Shown here in pieces: positions 39,281 through 48,754 of a DNA stretch of 64,000 nucleotides. The stretch's first letter is position 1; every line of letters starts with the position of its first letter. The position numbers and the translations under genes are program-made. The notes below the pieces were generated by a model. It was given only the letters and a program-made list of their open reading frames with translations, was not told where the DNA came from and ran no database searches. This DNA comes from a virus: positions 96,001 to 160,000 of IMG/VR virus record IMGVR_UViG_3300042197_004429; one strand, given 5' to 3'.

Positions 39281-40438
39281 ATGGAATACTATCAATGGCA
39301 AACGATGATTGATGAACATCGTCGGATTCATCGGCAAGATAGAAAAAGAGTTCGCAATCTAACGGATGCTCAAATTAAAAATATTGAGATGGAGAACATT
39401 CTATCTACTCCATTCAACAAAGAGTCAAATCGCTGGCGGAGAATGATTCGCTTGATGGGGGAAAATGTTTGGATCAATGCTGGTAAGCCTTACTACAACA
39501 TTCACCCACAAATGGTTAGATCTCTTTGCAACACTAACTTGGATAAGATACCAGCAAACTTAATAGAAGTTCCAGCGGGCTTAGAAGCGGTGGTTTTCAG
39601 ATTTGCTGAGAACGTCCCTGATCGTTTTATAACAAACAATGGATTTCATGTGGTTTCAGCAGAAGAGGTTCGTCATTCGCCAATTTATTGTAGATCAGTT
39701 TTGTTTGGTAAAATAAAGAATGATAGATCAAAACACGTTGCTGAAAACATAAAGAAAACTACTACAGAGTTTCTTCGATCAATTAATATGCCATCCCTAA
39801 ATGATAATGTAAAAGCCATTATAGACTTGGCTTCCGATGGATATTATAAAGACGTTGATGATTTCATGATAATGTGTGTTGATGAAGGCTTTAGAGTTAA
39901 AGATCGTGGTGTTGATAGAAGTTTGTGTAACTTAATTTGCATAAATTGTAAACATGGTCAGAGTGTTTCAGAGGCAATACAATCTACTGTGGAGCAAGCC
40001 TCTGCTGGTGAACAGGCTGTTATGGTCACTATGGGTGATCGTTTGTCGAACTTGATTCGTGTGATTGTTTCTGCTGGTTTTTTGGCGAACTGTCCTGAAG
40101 ATGATTTGGTTGTTCCCGATATTTTGAGTGCTGATAAACAAAGTTTCAAAGATGCCTCGCAACGTGGAGATGCGGCGGCAATTCAAACTATTGTTGAGCG
40201 TGCAAAAAGACGAGGTAAAAATGGTTACAATATTGGAACATCAGAGATGTTCGTATCAGAGAATGAATCTGAACAGCACAAACAATACGACAGCAGCGGA
40301 AAACAATTAAGTTTTAGTCACTTACGTGGTGGTCATCCTCATGCTGTTCGTTATGGTGAAGGAAAAAACAAGGTAAAAATCAAATGGTTTAGACCAACTA
40401 GAGTCAGGCCAGATTTGCCTTTTAAAACATCCGAATAG
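39281..40438 (+). CDS. Hypothetical phage protein
   Basis: 385 aa ORF; C-terminal HLRGGHPHAVRYGEG..K.KW..P. Confidence 0.7.
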   Translation: MEYYQWQTMIDEHRRIHRQDRKRVRNLTDAQIKNIEMENILSTPFNKESNRWRRMIRLMGENVWINAGKPYYNIHPQMVRSLCNTNLDKIPANLIEVPAGLEAVVFRFAENVPDRFITNNGFHVVSAEEVRHSPIYCRSVLFGKIKNDRSKHVAENIKKTTTEFLRSINMPSLNDNVKAIIDLASDGYYKDVDDFMIMCVDEGFRVKDRGVDRSLCNLICINCKHGQSVSEAIQSTVEQASAGEQAVMVTMGDRLSNLIRVIVSAGFLANCPEDDLVVPDILSADKQSFKDASQRGDAAAIQTIVERAKRRGKNGYNIGTSEMFVSENESEQHKQYDSSGKQLSFSHLRGGHPHAVRYGEGKNKVKIKWFRPTRVRPDLPFKTSE

Positions 40439-40443
40439 TTGCT

Positions 40444-40869
40444 ATGGAAAAAAATCTTTTACCAAAAGAAGAACTAAATCGTTATAAGCAATTTGCTTTT
40501 AAAGACGATATGTTCAAATTGGCTATAGGTTTCATTCTAGGTAACTCTTTTAATAATGTTGTTGGTGGAATCAGCAGTTTTCTGATCATGCCGGTAGTTA
40601 ATTTTTTAACCATTCAAACAGGAGAAAATTGGAGAACAATTGTTTTTTCTCCTGTCAGTGGTTTAAATTTTGAATTAGGAAAACTTTTAGGAACCTTTGT
40701 AGATTTTTTATTAACATCTATTGTTCTTTATGTCATTTATGTAAAAATTTTGGGATCTATAAAAAAACAAGATGAAGGTTGTGATTTAAAACAATGCAAT
40801 CGGTGTTTGAGTCTGATACACATAAATGCCACAAGGTGCAAATTTTGTACTAGCCCAATTAAAAAATAA
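40444..40869 (+). CDS. mscL: Large-conductance mechanosensitive channel with C-terminal Zn ribbon
   Basis: FKQFAFK..M..LAIG.ILG..F..VV....S..IMP; FVDFL; CNRC..ATRC..CTS. Confidence 0.85.
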   Translation: MEKNLLPKEELNRYKQFAFKDDMFKLAIGFILGNSFNNVVGGISSFLIMPVVNFLTIQTGENWRTIVFSPVSGLNFELGKLLGTFVDFLLTSIVLYVIYVKILGSIKKQDEGCDLKQCNRCLSLIHINATRCKFCTSPIKK

Positions 40870-40953
40870 CGCCCGGCATAACCGAGTCCGAGCGGCTGAT
40901 TTTCCATTTCAAAAACAATTTATCGAGGACTTCGGTTAATGCCGTTGTTCTCT
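40864..40953 (-). mobile_element. Integron attC recombination site (90 bp)
   Basis: Minus strand: R'' AGAGAAC, 5 nt, L'' CATTAACC (8 nt), central region, L' GGTTATG (7 nt), 6 nt, R' GTTATTT. Two extrahelical bases lie on the R''-L'' arm. Confidence 0.85.
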
Positions 40954-41176
40954 GACTCGTGAGGGAAAGCCATGTGTGATGACAGCGTAATTGACGATGA
41001 TGGAGATCGGCAAGAGTGGGATTCCGGTCCGTTCTGCCGTCACTGGAGTGATCCGTCAGACTGCGAGGAACTGTGCAAGTGCGGGCACAAGTGCTGTAAG
41101 CACGCTTATGGCGAGGATTGCACTGTAGATGACTGCAAATGCGACGGATTTGAGGACGCAGAGTAGAGTCAGAGAA
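40870..41176 (-). mobile_element. Solitary integron gene cassette (307 bp)
   Basis: Cassette start GTTCTCTGACT (minus strand, 41177-41167) is the exact 11-bp complement of its R'' region (40947-40957). The element is bounded by AAC at 40868-40870 and 41175-41177. Confidence 0.8.
40972..41166 (+). CDS. Small acidic Cys-rich protein (cassette cargo)
   Basis: 64 aa with 10 Cys and 3 His; GAGGG SD; visibly more GC-rich than its flanks. Confidence 0.7.
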   Translation: MCDDSVIDDDGDRQEWDSGPFCRHWSDPSDCEELCKCGHKCCKHAYGEDCTVDDCKCDGFEDAE

Positions 41177-41177
41177 C

Positions 41178-42191
41178 ATGAGAAAATTAGCATCAATACA
41201 AACTATTAAATTTGTTAGACCCATACCAAACGCAGATGCAATTGAGTGTGTCGGTGTTCTTGGTTGGGAATGCGTGTGTAAAAAAGGTGAATTTCAAAAT
41301 GATGATAAATGTGTTTATTTTGAAATTGATAGTTTGTTGCCAGAGATGGAAGTATTTGAATTTTTAAGAAAAAGTTGCTATAGAAAAGATCTGAATAAAT
41401 TCAGGCTAAAAAGTATTAAGTTGCGTCAGCAATTAAGCCAAGGTCTTGCTTTACCTTTGAGTTTATTTCCTGAGTTATACCATCTAGAAGTCGGCACAGA
41501 CGTAACTGATTTGCTGAATGTTGAAAAGTACGAGCCACCAATCCCTGCTCAAATTCAAGGTGATGCCAAAAAGTTTGTTTGGCCTATTGCAAAAACAGAT
41601 GAGGTTAGAGTTCAAACTGACGAGGGGCTTGCTTTAATTTCTAATCTTGTTGGCCATCCTTATTATGTTAGTCTTAAATTAGATGGAACAAGTTGTTCTT
41701 TTGTTATTGATCCATCCGACAATGAATTTCATGTTTGTGGAAGAAACTATAGTTACAAGCACAAGCCAAATCATAGTTTTTGGATTATAAACGAACGATA
41801 CCAACTAGAAGAACGCTTGAGATCAATCGGTGGCAACTTGGCACTTCAAGGAGAGTGTGTGGGTCCAGGAATTCAACAAAATAAACTTGGATTACCCATT
41901 ATTGATTATTACGTTTTTAACGTGGTTGACACATCAAATCGAAAAAGATTATCGCTTGAAGATTCTTTAAATGTTACAAAAGAACTTAAATTAAATTTTG
42001 TTCCAATACTGGAAAAGGGCGATTCATTTAATTACAACATGGAACAGTTGCTTGAAAAAGCAAAAGGAAAGTATCGTGAACATTTTGAGAATGCGAAGCA
42101 GCATCAAGAACGTGAAGGAATAGTGATTCGAAGTTTGTGTGGATCAGTTAGTTTCAAAGCCATAAATAACGAATTTCTCCTACAGGAATAA
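41178..42191 (+). CDS. RNA ligase, DRB0094/Rnl2-like family
   Basis: MRKLASIQ..PIPNADAIE..LGW..VYFEIDSLLP; KLDGTS; QGECVGPGIQ; EGIVIR; FKAINNEFL. Confidence 0.92.
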   Translation: MRKLASIQTIKFVRPIPNADAIECVGVLGWECVCKKGEFQNDDKCVYFEIDSLLPEMEVFEFLRKSCYRKDLNKFRLKSIKLRQQLSQGLALPLSLFPELYHLEVGTDVTDLLNVEKYEPPIPAQIQGDAKKFVWPIAKTDEVRVQTDEGLALISNLVGHPYYVSLKLDGTSCSFVIDPSDNEFHVCGRNYSYKHKPNHSFWIINERYQLEERLRSIGGNLALQGECVGPGIQQNKLGLPIIDYYVFNVVDTSNRKRLSLEDSLNVTKELKLNFVPILEKGDSFNYNMEQLLEKAKGKYREHFENAKQHQEREGIVIRSLCGSVSFKAINNEFLLQE

Positions 42192-42192
42192 T

Positions 42193-42801
42193 ATGTCTAT
42201 CACAGTCATCGGTGACGTTCACGGTAATTACGCACCATATCACAAAATTGTGCGTCAAAAAGATCGTCACCCATACACCGTTCAAATTGGTGATTTTGGT
42301 TTTGAGTATGAAACATTAAAAAATGTTGATGCCAATAATCATAAAGTTATTGGTGGAAATCACGACAATTATAATAAAATTATTGATACTCCTCATTATT
42401 TGGGTGATTTTGGAAATGTTTCTTTAAACGGTGTGAACTTTTTCTTTTTGCGTGGCGCATATTCTATTGATCAACAATATAGAGTGATTGGTAGAAGTTG
42501 GTGGCCCGAAGAAGAGTTAAACAACGATAGTTTTAATGAAGCTATGAATTTGTATGTTGAAACAAAACCAAAAATCGTTTTAACACACACTTGTCCTTTG
42601 TCAATTGTTCCTCAACTTTTGCCAGCAGGCAGTCATTTGTTAAAAAGCAAAACAGAGATGATGCTTGAAAGTATGTTGAACTTGCATCAACCCGAACTAT
42701 GGATATTCGGACATTTTCATGTTTCCAAAACAATAACTCAAACTTTAAACGGAACACAGTTCGTTTGTTTGAATGAATTAGAAACTTACAAGTTAGGTTA
42801 A
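42193..42801 (+). CDS. Calcineurin-like metallophosphoesterase
   Basis: IGDVHG, IGDFG, GGNHD, THTCP, FGHFH. Confidence 0.92.
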   Translation: MSITVIGDVHGNYAPYHKIVRQKDRHPYTVQIGDFGFEYETLKNVDANNHKVIGGNHDNYNKIIDTPHYLGDFGNVSLNGVNFFFLRGAYSIDQQYRVIGRSWWPEEELNNDSFNEAMNLYVETKPKIVLTHTCPLSIVPQLLPAGSHLLKSKTEMMLESMLNLHQPELWIFGHFHVSKTITQTLNGTQFVCLNELETYKLG

Positions 42802-42803
42802 AA

Positions 42804-43313
42804 ATGTCACTTATAGTTGTTGATGTTGAAAGCGACGGGCCAGTTCCTTGCGACTATAGCATGATATGCTTTGGAGCAGTTATTTTTGACGAAAGTTTAA
42901 ATAAAACTTTTTACGGAAAAACAAAACCTATATCGAATAATTACCAGGAAGACACATTAAAAATTAGTGGTTTTACAAGAGAGCAGCACGAAACTTTTGA
43001 TGATCCATATAATGTGATGGTCCAATTTAGTTATTGGATAAAAACAAACAGTGTTGGAAAACCGGTTTTTATTAGTGATAACCCTTGCTATGATTGGCAG
43101 TGGGTAAACTATTACTTTCACCATTTTGTTGGAGAAAATCCTTTCGGATATTCTGGTCGCAGAATTGGCGATTTGTTTTGCGGAATGAAGGGTGACGCAA
43201 GAGCGTCTTGGAAACATTTGCGAAAAACTCTTCACGACCACAATCCTGTAAACGATGCGATAGGCAATGCCGAAGCATTGCTTGAAATGAAGAAAATGGG
43301 TCTAAAAATTTGA
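42804..43313 (+). CDS. DEDDh 3'-5' exonuclease (RNase AS-like)
   Basis: VDVESDG, YDWQW, HDHNPVNDA. Confidence 0.85.
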   Translation: MSLIVVDVESDGPVPCDYSMICFGAVIFDESLNKTFYGKTKPISNNYQEDTLKISGFTREQHETFDDPYNVMVQFSYWIKTNSVGKPVFISDNPCYDWQWVNYYFHHFVGENPFGYSGRRIGDLFCGMKGDARASWKHLRKTLHDHNPVNDAIGNAEALLEMKKMGLKI

Positions 43314-43504
43314 CTAGGAAAACCATGAAACGTAGAATTTTTTTAACTTCGATAATTTTTGTCTCTCTGTGTGGTTCTCTTGCTGTTGCCGCCAATAAGA
43401 CTTACCGCTATCGCTGCCCTAAGTGCAAATTGATTCAAGAATACGGCTCCATTGGCACAAAGAAGTGTCCGAATGATGGCAAAACTATGGTTCGCATAGA
43501 CTAA
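43310..43504 (+). CDS. Small secreted Zn-ribbon-like protein
   Basis: Signal-peptide-like N-terminus, then CPKC..CPND. Confidence 0.55.
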   Translation: MTRKTMKRRIFLTSIIFVSLCGSLAVAANKTYRYRCPKCKLIQEYGSIGTKKCPNDGKTMVRID

Positions 43505-43530
43505 AACCTCAAATTTTGCAAATTTTCACA

Positions 43531-43558
43531 TAGACTTTCTTGATTTTCAGCGTATACT
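43531..43558 (+). promoter_or_regulatory. Putative sigma70-type promoter
   Basis: TAGACT-N16-TATACT upstream of the NYN gene. Confidence 0.45.
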
Positions 43559-43593
43559 AAAATTAGGATGATTTAGTTTTAATTTCATTTTGA

Positions 43594-44301
43594 TTGTTCA
43601 AACGGATTCGAATATATCAAATTTTAAACAAGGGTTTAATAGTGATCTCTGGTTCTTCACAAAAAATGGGCGTTTCTGGTAGATCTGTAAAGGCAAATAG
43701 TTTTTCAACAACTTTAAAGAATGGCTTGTATTCAAAGGTGGAAAAATTGAATAATAAAGAGTTTTATTCCGAACCAAACAATGTTGGCGATCAAGAAAAT
43801 GATTCAAAAAGAAATAGAGTTGCAGTTTTTCTTGATGGATCAAACTTTTTTTACATGCAAAAAGATACATTGCATTGGTTTATTGATCCTAAAAAGTTAC
43901 TTAATTGGATAGGTCAATACGGGGAAGTCACCGACGCCAATTATTACACTACGGTAGACAACCAAAATGAAGGTCAGTTAAATTATATTAGAGCCCTTAA
44001 TCACATGGGATTCAGGGTTGATGCAAAGCCCATTGATTCCTACGATGAAGAAGATGGTTTCGACGGCAGTGTTGATTTGGATATGTTGATTGACATTTTG
44101 GTTCAAATGGAAAATTATGACATGGCCGTTATAATTAGCGGCGATGCTGACTTTGCCAGAATTGTTGAAGTTCTACGCCAGCGTGGAAAAAAGTACCTTG
44201 TTCTTAGCACCAAAGGCATGGTTGCAGGATCTGTGAAGAGTGCTGCTGGTCTGCATTACAAGGATATCGCTGAACTTCGAAGCAAGATTGAAAAGAATTA
44301 A
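43594..44301 (+). CDS. NYN domain (LabA/DUF88) protein
   Basis: VFLDGSN, VDLDM.ID, ISGDADF..IV..L...GK. Start uncertain. Confidence 0.88.
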   Translation: MFKRIRIYQILNKGLIVISGSSQKMGVSGRSVKANSFSTTLKNGLYSKVEKLNNKEFYSEPNNVGDQENDSKRNRVAVFLDGSNFFYMQKDTLHWFIDPKKLLNWIGQYGEVTDANYYTTVDNQNEGQLNYIRALNHMGFRVDAKPIDSYDEEDGFDGSVDLDMLIDILVQMENYDMAVIISGDADFARIVEVLRQRGKKYLVLSTKGMVAGSVKSAAGLHYKDIAELRSKIEKN

Positions 44302-44601
44302 GGACACACAAATGAATAAACACAAAATTGTGTCTTGTGACGCTGAAATTGTCTCCATCAGTATGGGGAGACTAAACGGTAAGCCTCGTTTGTTTTTAAC
44401 TTATAGAATTGAGGGCGATTTCACAGCTCATACTATAAGTCTAAAATCTAAACAAGCGGTGCGTTTGAAAAACGATATTAATGATTTGTCAAACAAAAGC
44501 CCGTTGTTCCAGAAAATTTTGGCTAAATCAAAGAGTTACTATAGGTCTTTTGAAAGAATATTTTTTGACCATCATCCTTCCGCATAAGGAAGAATTTTAT
44601 C

Positions 44602-45570
44602 ATGGAAGAAAATCCAATTGATTCGCATAAGCAAATTATTCAGGATAGCAATTTAGACATTGAAACTAAAACGTTTCTTCTAAGTTGTGAAGATGATAAA
44701 TTTGTTTCAGATTTTATTAAACAAGAGTTGTCTCCTCAAGAAATAAGGACAGAAGCGATGAAGGAAGAATCCTTGACGAAAAGCCAAACGGCGGTTAAAA
44801 ATCTACCCACAGCAGAGTTGTGTAGATTACGAGACCAAGGAATGAGTGTTAAGAAAATTGCCGAGAGATATCATTGTGCCGAACAATCTGTTAGATATCA
44901 CTTAAAGAAAGCCGAATTTATAAAGGAAATTACTATGGATAGTAGAAAAGACACGGAAATTGTTTACCTAAGTCAGACTTCTGAGCAGAAGCAGCGCATG
45001 TTCAATGATAAGATTTCACTTGAACAAAATGTGCAAGGGAAATATATTCGATTAAAGAATTCTTTAGATTCTCATTTTAGAAATAATTCGGAGTTGTATA
45101 TCAACAACCCTGTTTTTAGAGTTGAGTTTGTTATTGGAAACTGGAGAACACTGTACGGCTTAGATTTAACGGCTGCAAGACATCGCATTTTACACGCTTT
45201 GCAATATAGTAATTGCGTACAAAAGCAGATATCGGGACGCAGAATGAAGAACGGTGTGGAAACTAAGCAAAAATCTAAATGGTTTTACGAGTTGAAGGAA
45301 AACTTCACAAACAAATATTCCAAAGAAACATCGACCTCAATTAAAACAGAGTCAACCACCGAATCAGTTGCTGATGCTGCTGCGCAACTATCTGGTATTT
45401 TGCTTACAAGAAATATTGCTGAACAAATTGGCAACGAAGTAAGGGCAACAAGTAGAGTATCCACAACGCCCGACTCAAATAAAGTTTTAAATGAAATTAC
45501 TCAAATCATGTCAACCAGTATGGACTCTGATTTGAAAGAAAAACTTATCAAACAATTAATGAGGGATTAA
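44602..45570 (+). CDS. Hypothetical protein with HTH
   Basis: GMSVKKIAERYHCAEQSVRYHLKK HTH-like segment. Confidence 0.6.
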   Translation: MEENPIDSHKQIIQDSNLDIETKTFLLSCEDDKFVSDFIKQELSPQEIRTEAMKEESLTKSQTAVKNLPTAELCRLRDQGMSVKKIAERYHCAEQSVRYHLKKAEFIKEITMDSRKDTEIVYLSQTSEQKQRMFNDKISLEQNVQGKYIRLKNSLDSHFRNNSELYINNPVFRVEFVIGNWRTLYGLDLTAARHRILHALQYSNCVQKQISGRRMKNGVETKQKSKWFYELKENFTNKYSKETSTSIKTESTTESVADAAAQLSGILLTRNIAEQIGNEVRATSRVSTTPDSNKVLNEITQIMSTSMDSDLKEKLIKQLMRD

Positions 45571-45574
45571 TTAA

Positions 45575-45805
45575 ATGAGAAAAACAGTATCTAAACTAAC
45601 CAGCAAAGAGATTTCTTTCCTAATGAGATTGTACAATGAGCAATCTTTAGGTATTGATAAACTTCCTTACACCCCAGAGTTTGATAATATTGTTTTTCAA
45701 TTCCATCAAGTTTTTGGAGTTGAAAACGGACATCGAGAATTGTGGCACACACTCATCAACCTCAGAAAGCAAAAGAAACTTTTGAGGAAAACCCGCAGTC
45801 GATGA
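45575..45805 (+). CDS. Hypothetical protein
   Basis: 76 aa ORF. Confidence 0.6.
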   Translation: MRKTVSKLTSKEISFLMRLYNEQSLGIDKLPYTPEFDNIVFQFHQVFGVENGHRELWHTLINLRKQKKLLRKTRSR

Positions 45806-45880
45806 CTTTTAATACTAACTAGACTTTCGCAAAAAGGCGTGGTTTTCCTCGCCTTTTTGCTTTTCTTGAAAGGATTTCAT

Positions 45881-46315
45881 ATGATTTTTGCTACGATAAC
45901 GATGCAGTATGATGTTGTCAAAAAAGACATACAAGATTTGCTCACAGGTTTGTTTGAAAACAATTATTCGCCTTGGTTAAGGGAAATCAAATCCAAACAG
46001 TTTGCGAATGAATTAAATCTCACGGATTTTAGGCAAGGTGGGAAAATGCAAGATGTGAAAGATTATTACCATTGGTCGCAACTAATACCTGTGACGGAAG
46101 GTTGTTCGTTAACTCTTTGTGTGGATGATCCAAATAGCGACAAAGGGGAAGAAAAAGATGTTGTTTTAGATTGTGAATCCATCCGTCGTGGCTTACAAGT
46201 TATGGCTACGAAATACCGAGAACATTGGGAAGATTTCATTTACAAAAATGACGATGCAACCACCGCTGATGTTTTTGGGCAATGTTGTGTTTATGGAGAA
46301 GTTTTTTACTCTTAG
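45881..46315 (+). CDS. Hypothetical phage protein
   Basis: SD AAGGA before ATG 45881; C-terminal DATTADVFGQ..VYGEV.Y. Confidence 0.65.
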   Translation: MIFATITMQYDVVKKDIQDLLTGLFENNYSPWLREIKSKQFANELNLTDFRQGGKMQDVKDYYHWSQLIPVTEGCSLTLCVDDPNSDKGEEKDVVLDCESIRRGLQVMATKYREHWEDFIYKNDDATTADVFGQCCVYGEVFYS

Positions 46316-46348
46316 AATACCAACTAAGGATGGTGGAAAGGAACCAAA

Positions 46349-48457
46349 ATGACCACCACTATAATCGACAATCCTGTTTTTCGAACAATCCGAAATCGTT
46401 TCACTAAAAAGTGTGCTGTTTGTGATGTTGCGGTAGAAGCCAATCAAGGCTATGCCTGTGAACACAAAACGGGTTGGGCAACTTATTGCGAGGCCCATGT
46501 TCCTGTTAAAATTAAGCCGGAACGTGCTGAGATTACTAAGGAAGGTCACATTTATTTTCCTTATCATCCGGACGCTGTATCGCTCGTTAAAAGTCTTTAT
46601 TATTCTTCATGGCAGAGTGAAGGTAAGTTTTGGCGAGTCTCTATTGAACCCGAACACGTTAATCGTGTGATTCAAGTTGGTCGCCAGTTAGGGCTTAAAA
46701 TTGCTGATGAACTTCTTGAAATTGCCAGTGATGTTCAAGAAGAAGCCGAAGAAAAAGTAGAAATTAATTTTGATACTGCTGGCTTGTTTCCGTTTCAAGT
46801 TACTGGAGCAGCGTTTTTGGCAAACAAATCTCGCTGTCTGCTTGGCGATGAAATGGGTACGGGTAAAACCGTGCAGACTTTGGCTTCGCTACCCAAAGAT
46901 GTTGGCACCCTTGTTGTTTGTCCTGCTAGTTTAAAGTTTAATTGGCGTGATGAAACTAATAAGTGGCGACCGGATCTAAATCCCGTTGTTTTAAATGGTC
47001 GCAAGAGTTTCCGCCTGCCTGAGTCTGGTGAGGTTGTGATTGTAAATTATGATATTCTTCCTCAAGATTTGAATGATATTCAAAAGAAAGATTTTGTTCT
47101 TGTTTGTGATGAGGTTCACCTTTGCAAGAACTATAAGGCCAAGCGTTCACGGGCCGTAAAGATTCTGTCTAATATTGCCAAAAAGACAATTGGACTCACC
47201 GGTACGCCGCTAATGAATCGTCCTTTTGATCTTTATGGTGTTCTATCATCGCTTCATCTTGAAAATGAAGTGTTTGGCAGTTGGGTAGGGTTTCTCAGGG
47301 CTTTTAATGGTTACAAAAACGAATGGGGAGGCTACACATTCGGAACTGTTTCTCCAATAGTTCCTGAGTTGCTCCGCAGAGTCATGTTGCGCCGCCGCCG
47401 TGAAGAAGTTCTGCCAGATCTTCCTAAAAAGTCATACACAACCATTACTGTAGACAGTGTATCTAAAAGTCTTCAGAAGAAGTTGGATGAAGTTTACGAT
47501 GAGGTTGAGTTACTTCTTGATATGAAGGAATTGCCTCCTTTTGAAATGTTTGCCGAAATCCGTGCTTCACTTGCTGAAAGCCGAATTGAAGCGATGTTAG
47601 AAATTGTTGAAAACCACGAAGAAGAAGAAATTCCACTTGTTGTTTTTTCTGCACACAGGTTGCCTATTGACACTCTTGCCGAGCGTGAAGGTTGGGCGAC
47701 CATTACAGGTTCTACCAAACCTGAAGATCGTCAAAATATTGTTAGAAGGTTTCAGTCTGGTGAATTGAAGGGCGTGGGTCTTACCATTGCAGCCGGTGGC
47801 GTTGGATTGACGTTGACCCGAGCGTGGAAGGCATTGTTCGTAGATTTAGATTGGACACCGGCACTTAACGCTCAAGCCGAAGATCGTATTTGCAGAATTG
47901 GTCAAACCAAACCGTGTGAAATTGTTCGCATGGTTTCTGATCATGTTTTGGATCGTCATATTCACGAATTGATTGCCGAGAAGATCGAATTGTTTAATAA
48001 CGCTATTGATGGAAACATTGGCAATGTTAAACTATCTGTAACCGAAGGCGAAACTGACGAGCAGTATGCTGTTCGTATGACTGCTTTACAAGCAGAGTTT
48101 GATGCCAAGCAGGCTGAATCCGAGGCTTTAAATGCAAAGGCTCGTAAAGATGCCGCCAAGAAAAAAGTCACTATGATTATCGAACGAGAAATGAACAAGG
48201 TAACTAACGGTGGAAAAAAGAAATTTAAATTTCCTGAGTTTACTCCGACACTTGTTCAATCAATCAAAGATAACCTGTCGAAGATGCTGGGTGTTTGTGA
48301 TGGTGCCAGAGAGCGAGATAACGTGGGATTTAACAAGCCCGATGCTATGCTGTCTCGGTGGCTTTACGCTGCTGGTCTTGACGAGCCTGAGACGCTTCAG
48401 GCAGCATACCTGATGCTGCTGCGGTATCCCCGTCAGGTGCGGCTCAAGTTGAAGTGA
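46349..48457 (+). CDS. SNF2/SWI2-family (HARP-like) helicase
   Basis: LLGDEMGTGKT, VCPASL..NW, DEVH, LTGTP..NRP, GVGLTLT, QAEDRICRIGQ. Confidence 0.93.
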   Translation: MTTTIIDNPVFRTIRNRFTKKCAVCDVAVEANQGYACEHKTGWATYCEAHVPVKIKPERAEITKEGHIYFPYHPDAVSLVKSLYYSSWQSEGKFWRVSIEPEHVNRVIQVGRQLGLKIADELLEIASDVQEEAEEKVEINFDTAGLFPFQVTGAAFLANKSRCLLGDEMGTGKTVQTLASLPKDVGTLVVCPASLKFNWRDETNKWRPDLNPVVLNGRKSFRLPESGEVVIVNYDILPQDLNDIQKKDFVLVCDEVHLCKNYKAKRSRAVKILSNIAKKTIGLTGTPLMNRPFDLYGVLSSLHLENEVFGSWVGFLRAFNGYKNEWGGYTFGTVSPIVPELLRRVMLRRRREEVLPDLPKKSYTTITVDSVSKSLQKKLDEVYDEVELLLDMKELPPFEMFAEIRASLAESRIEAMLEIVENHEEEEIPLVVFSAHRLPIDTLAEREGWATITGSTKPEDRQNIVRRFQSGELKGVGLTIAAGGVGLTLTRAWKALFVDLDWTPALNAQAEDRICRIGQTKPCEIVRMVSDHVLDRHIHELIAEKIELFNNAIDGNIGNVKLSVTEGETDEQYAVRMTALQAEFDAKQAESEALNAKARKDAAKKKVTMIIEREMNKVTNGGKKKFKFPEFTPTLVQSIKDNLSKMLGVCDGARERDNVGFNKPDAMLSRWLYAAGLDEPETLQAAYLMLLRYPRQVRLKLK

Positions 48458-48754
48458 GCGATACCAACTAGTAACGAGAAACCGAGAACAGATTGATTTT
48501 CACAAAAAGGATAAACAAAAATGAAAATTGCTGATGAAGATGTTAGAGACAACGCTGATGAATTCGATTGGTTTTGTTCAATAAACGGCTATAGTCCAAG
48601 GTGGTTGAAGCTGATGATTCCTGTCTTGATAGAAGCATGGAAAAACAATGATAACAACACAGTTGATAAAATTAAAAAAGAACTATTTATTGATGGCAGA
48701 ATGAAGTAATATTTAAATTTATTTACGGCGAAAACAGACATAAACGGAGTAGTT

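Noticed and set aside
40859-41224. 121-aa minus-strand ORF spanning the cassette
   Set aside because: It crosses both cassette boundaries and overlaps two genes; the + strand ORF has the SD and fits inside the cassette.
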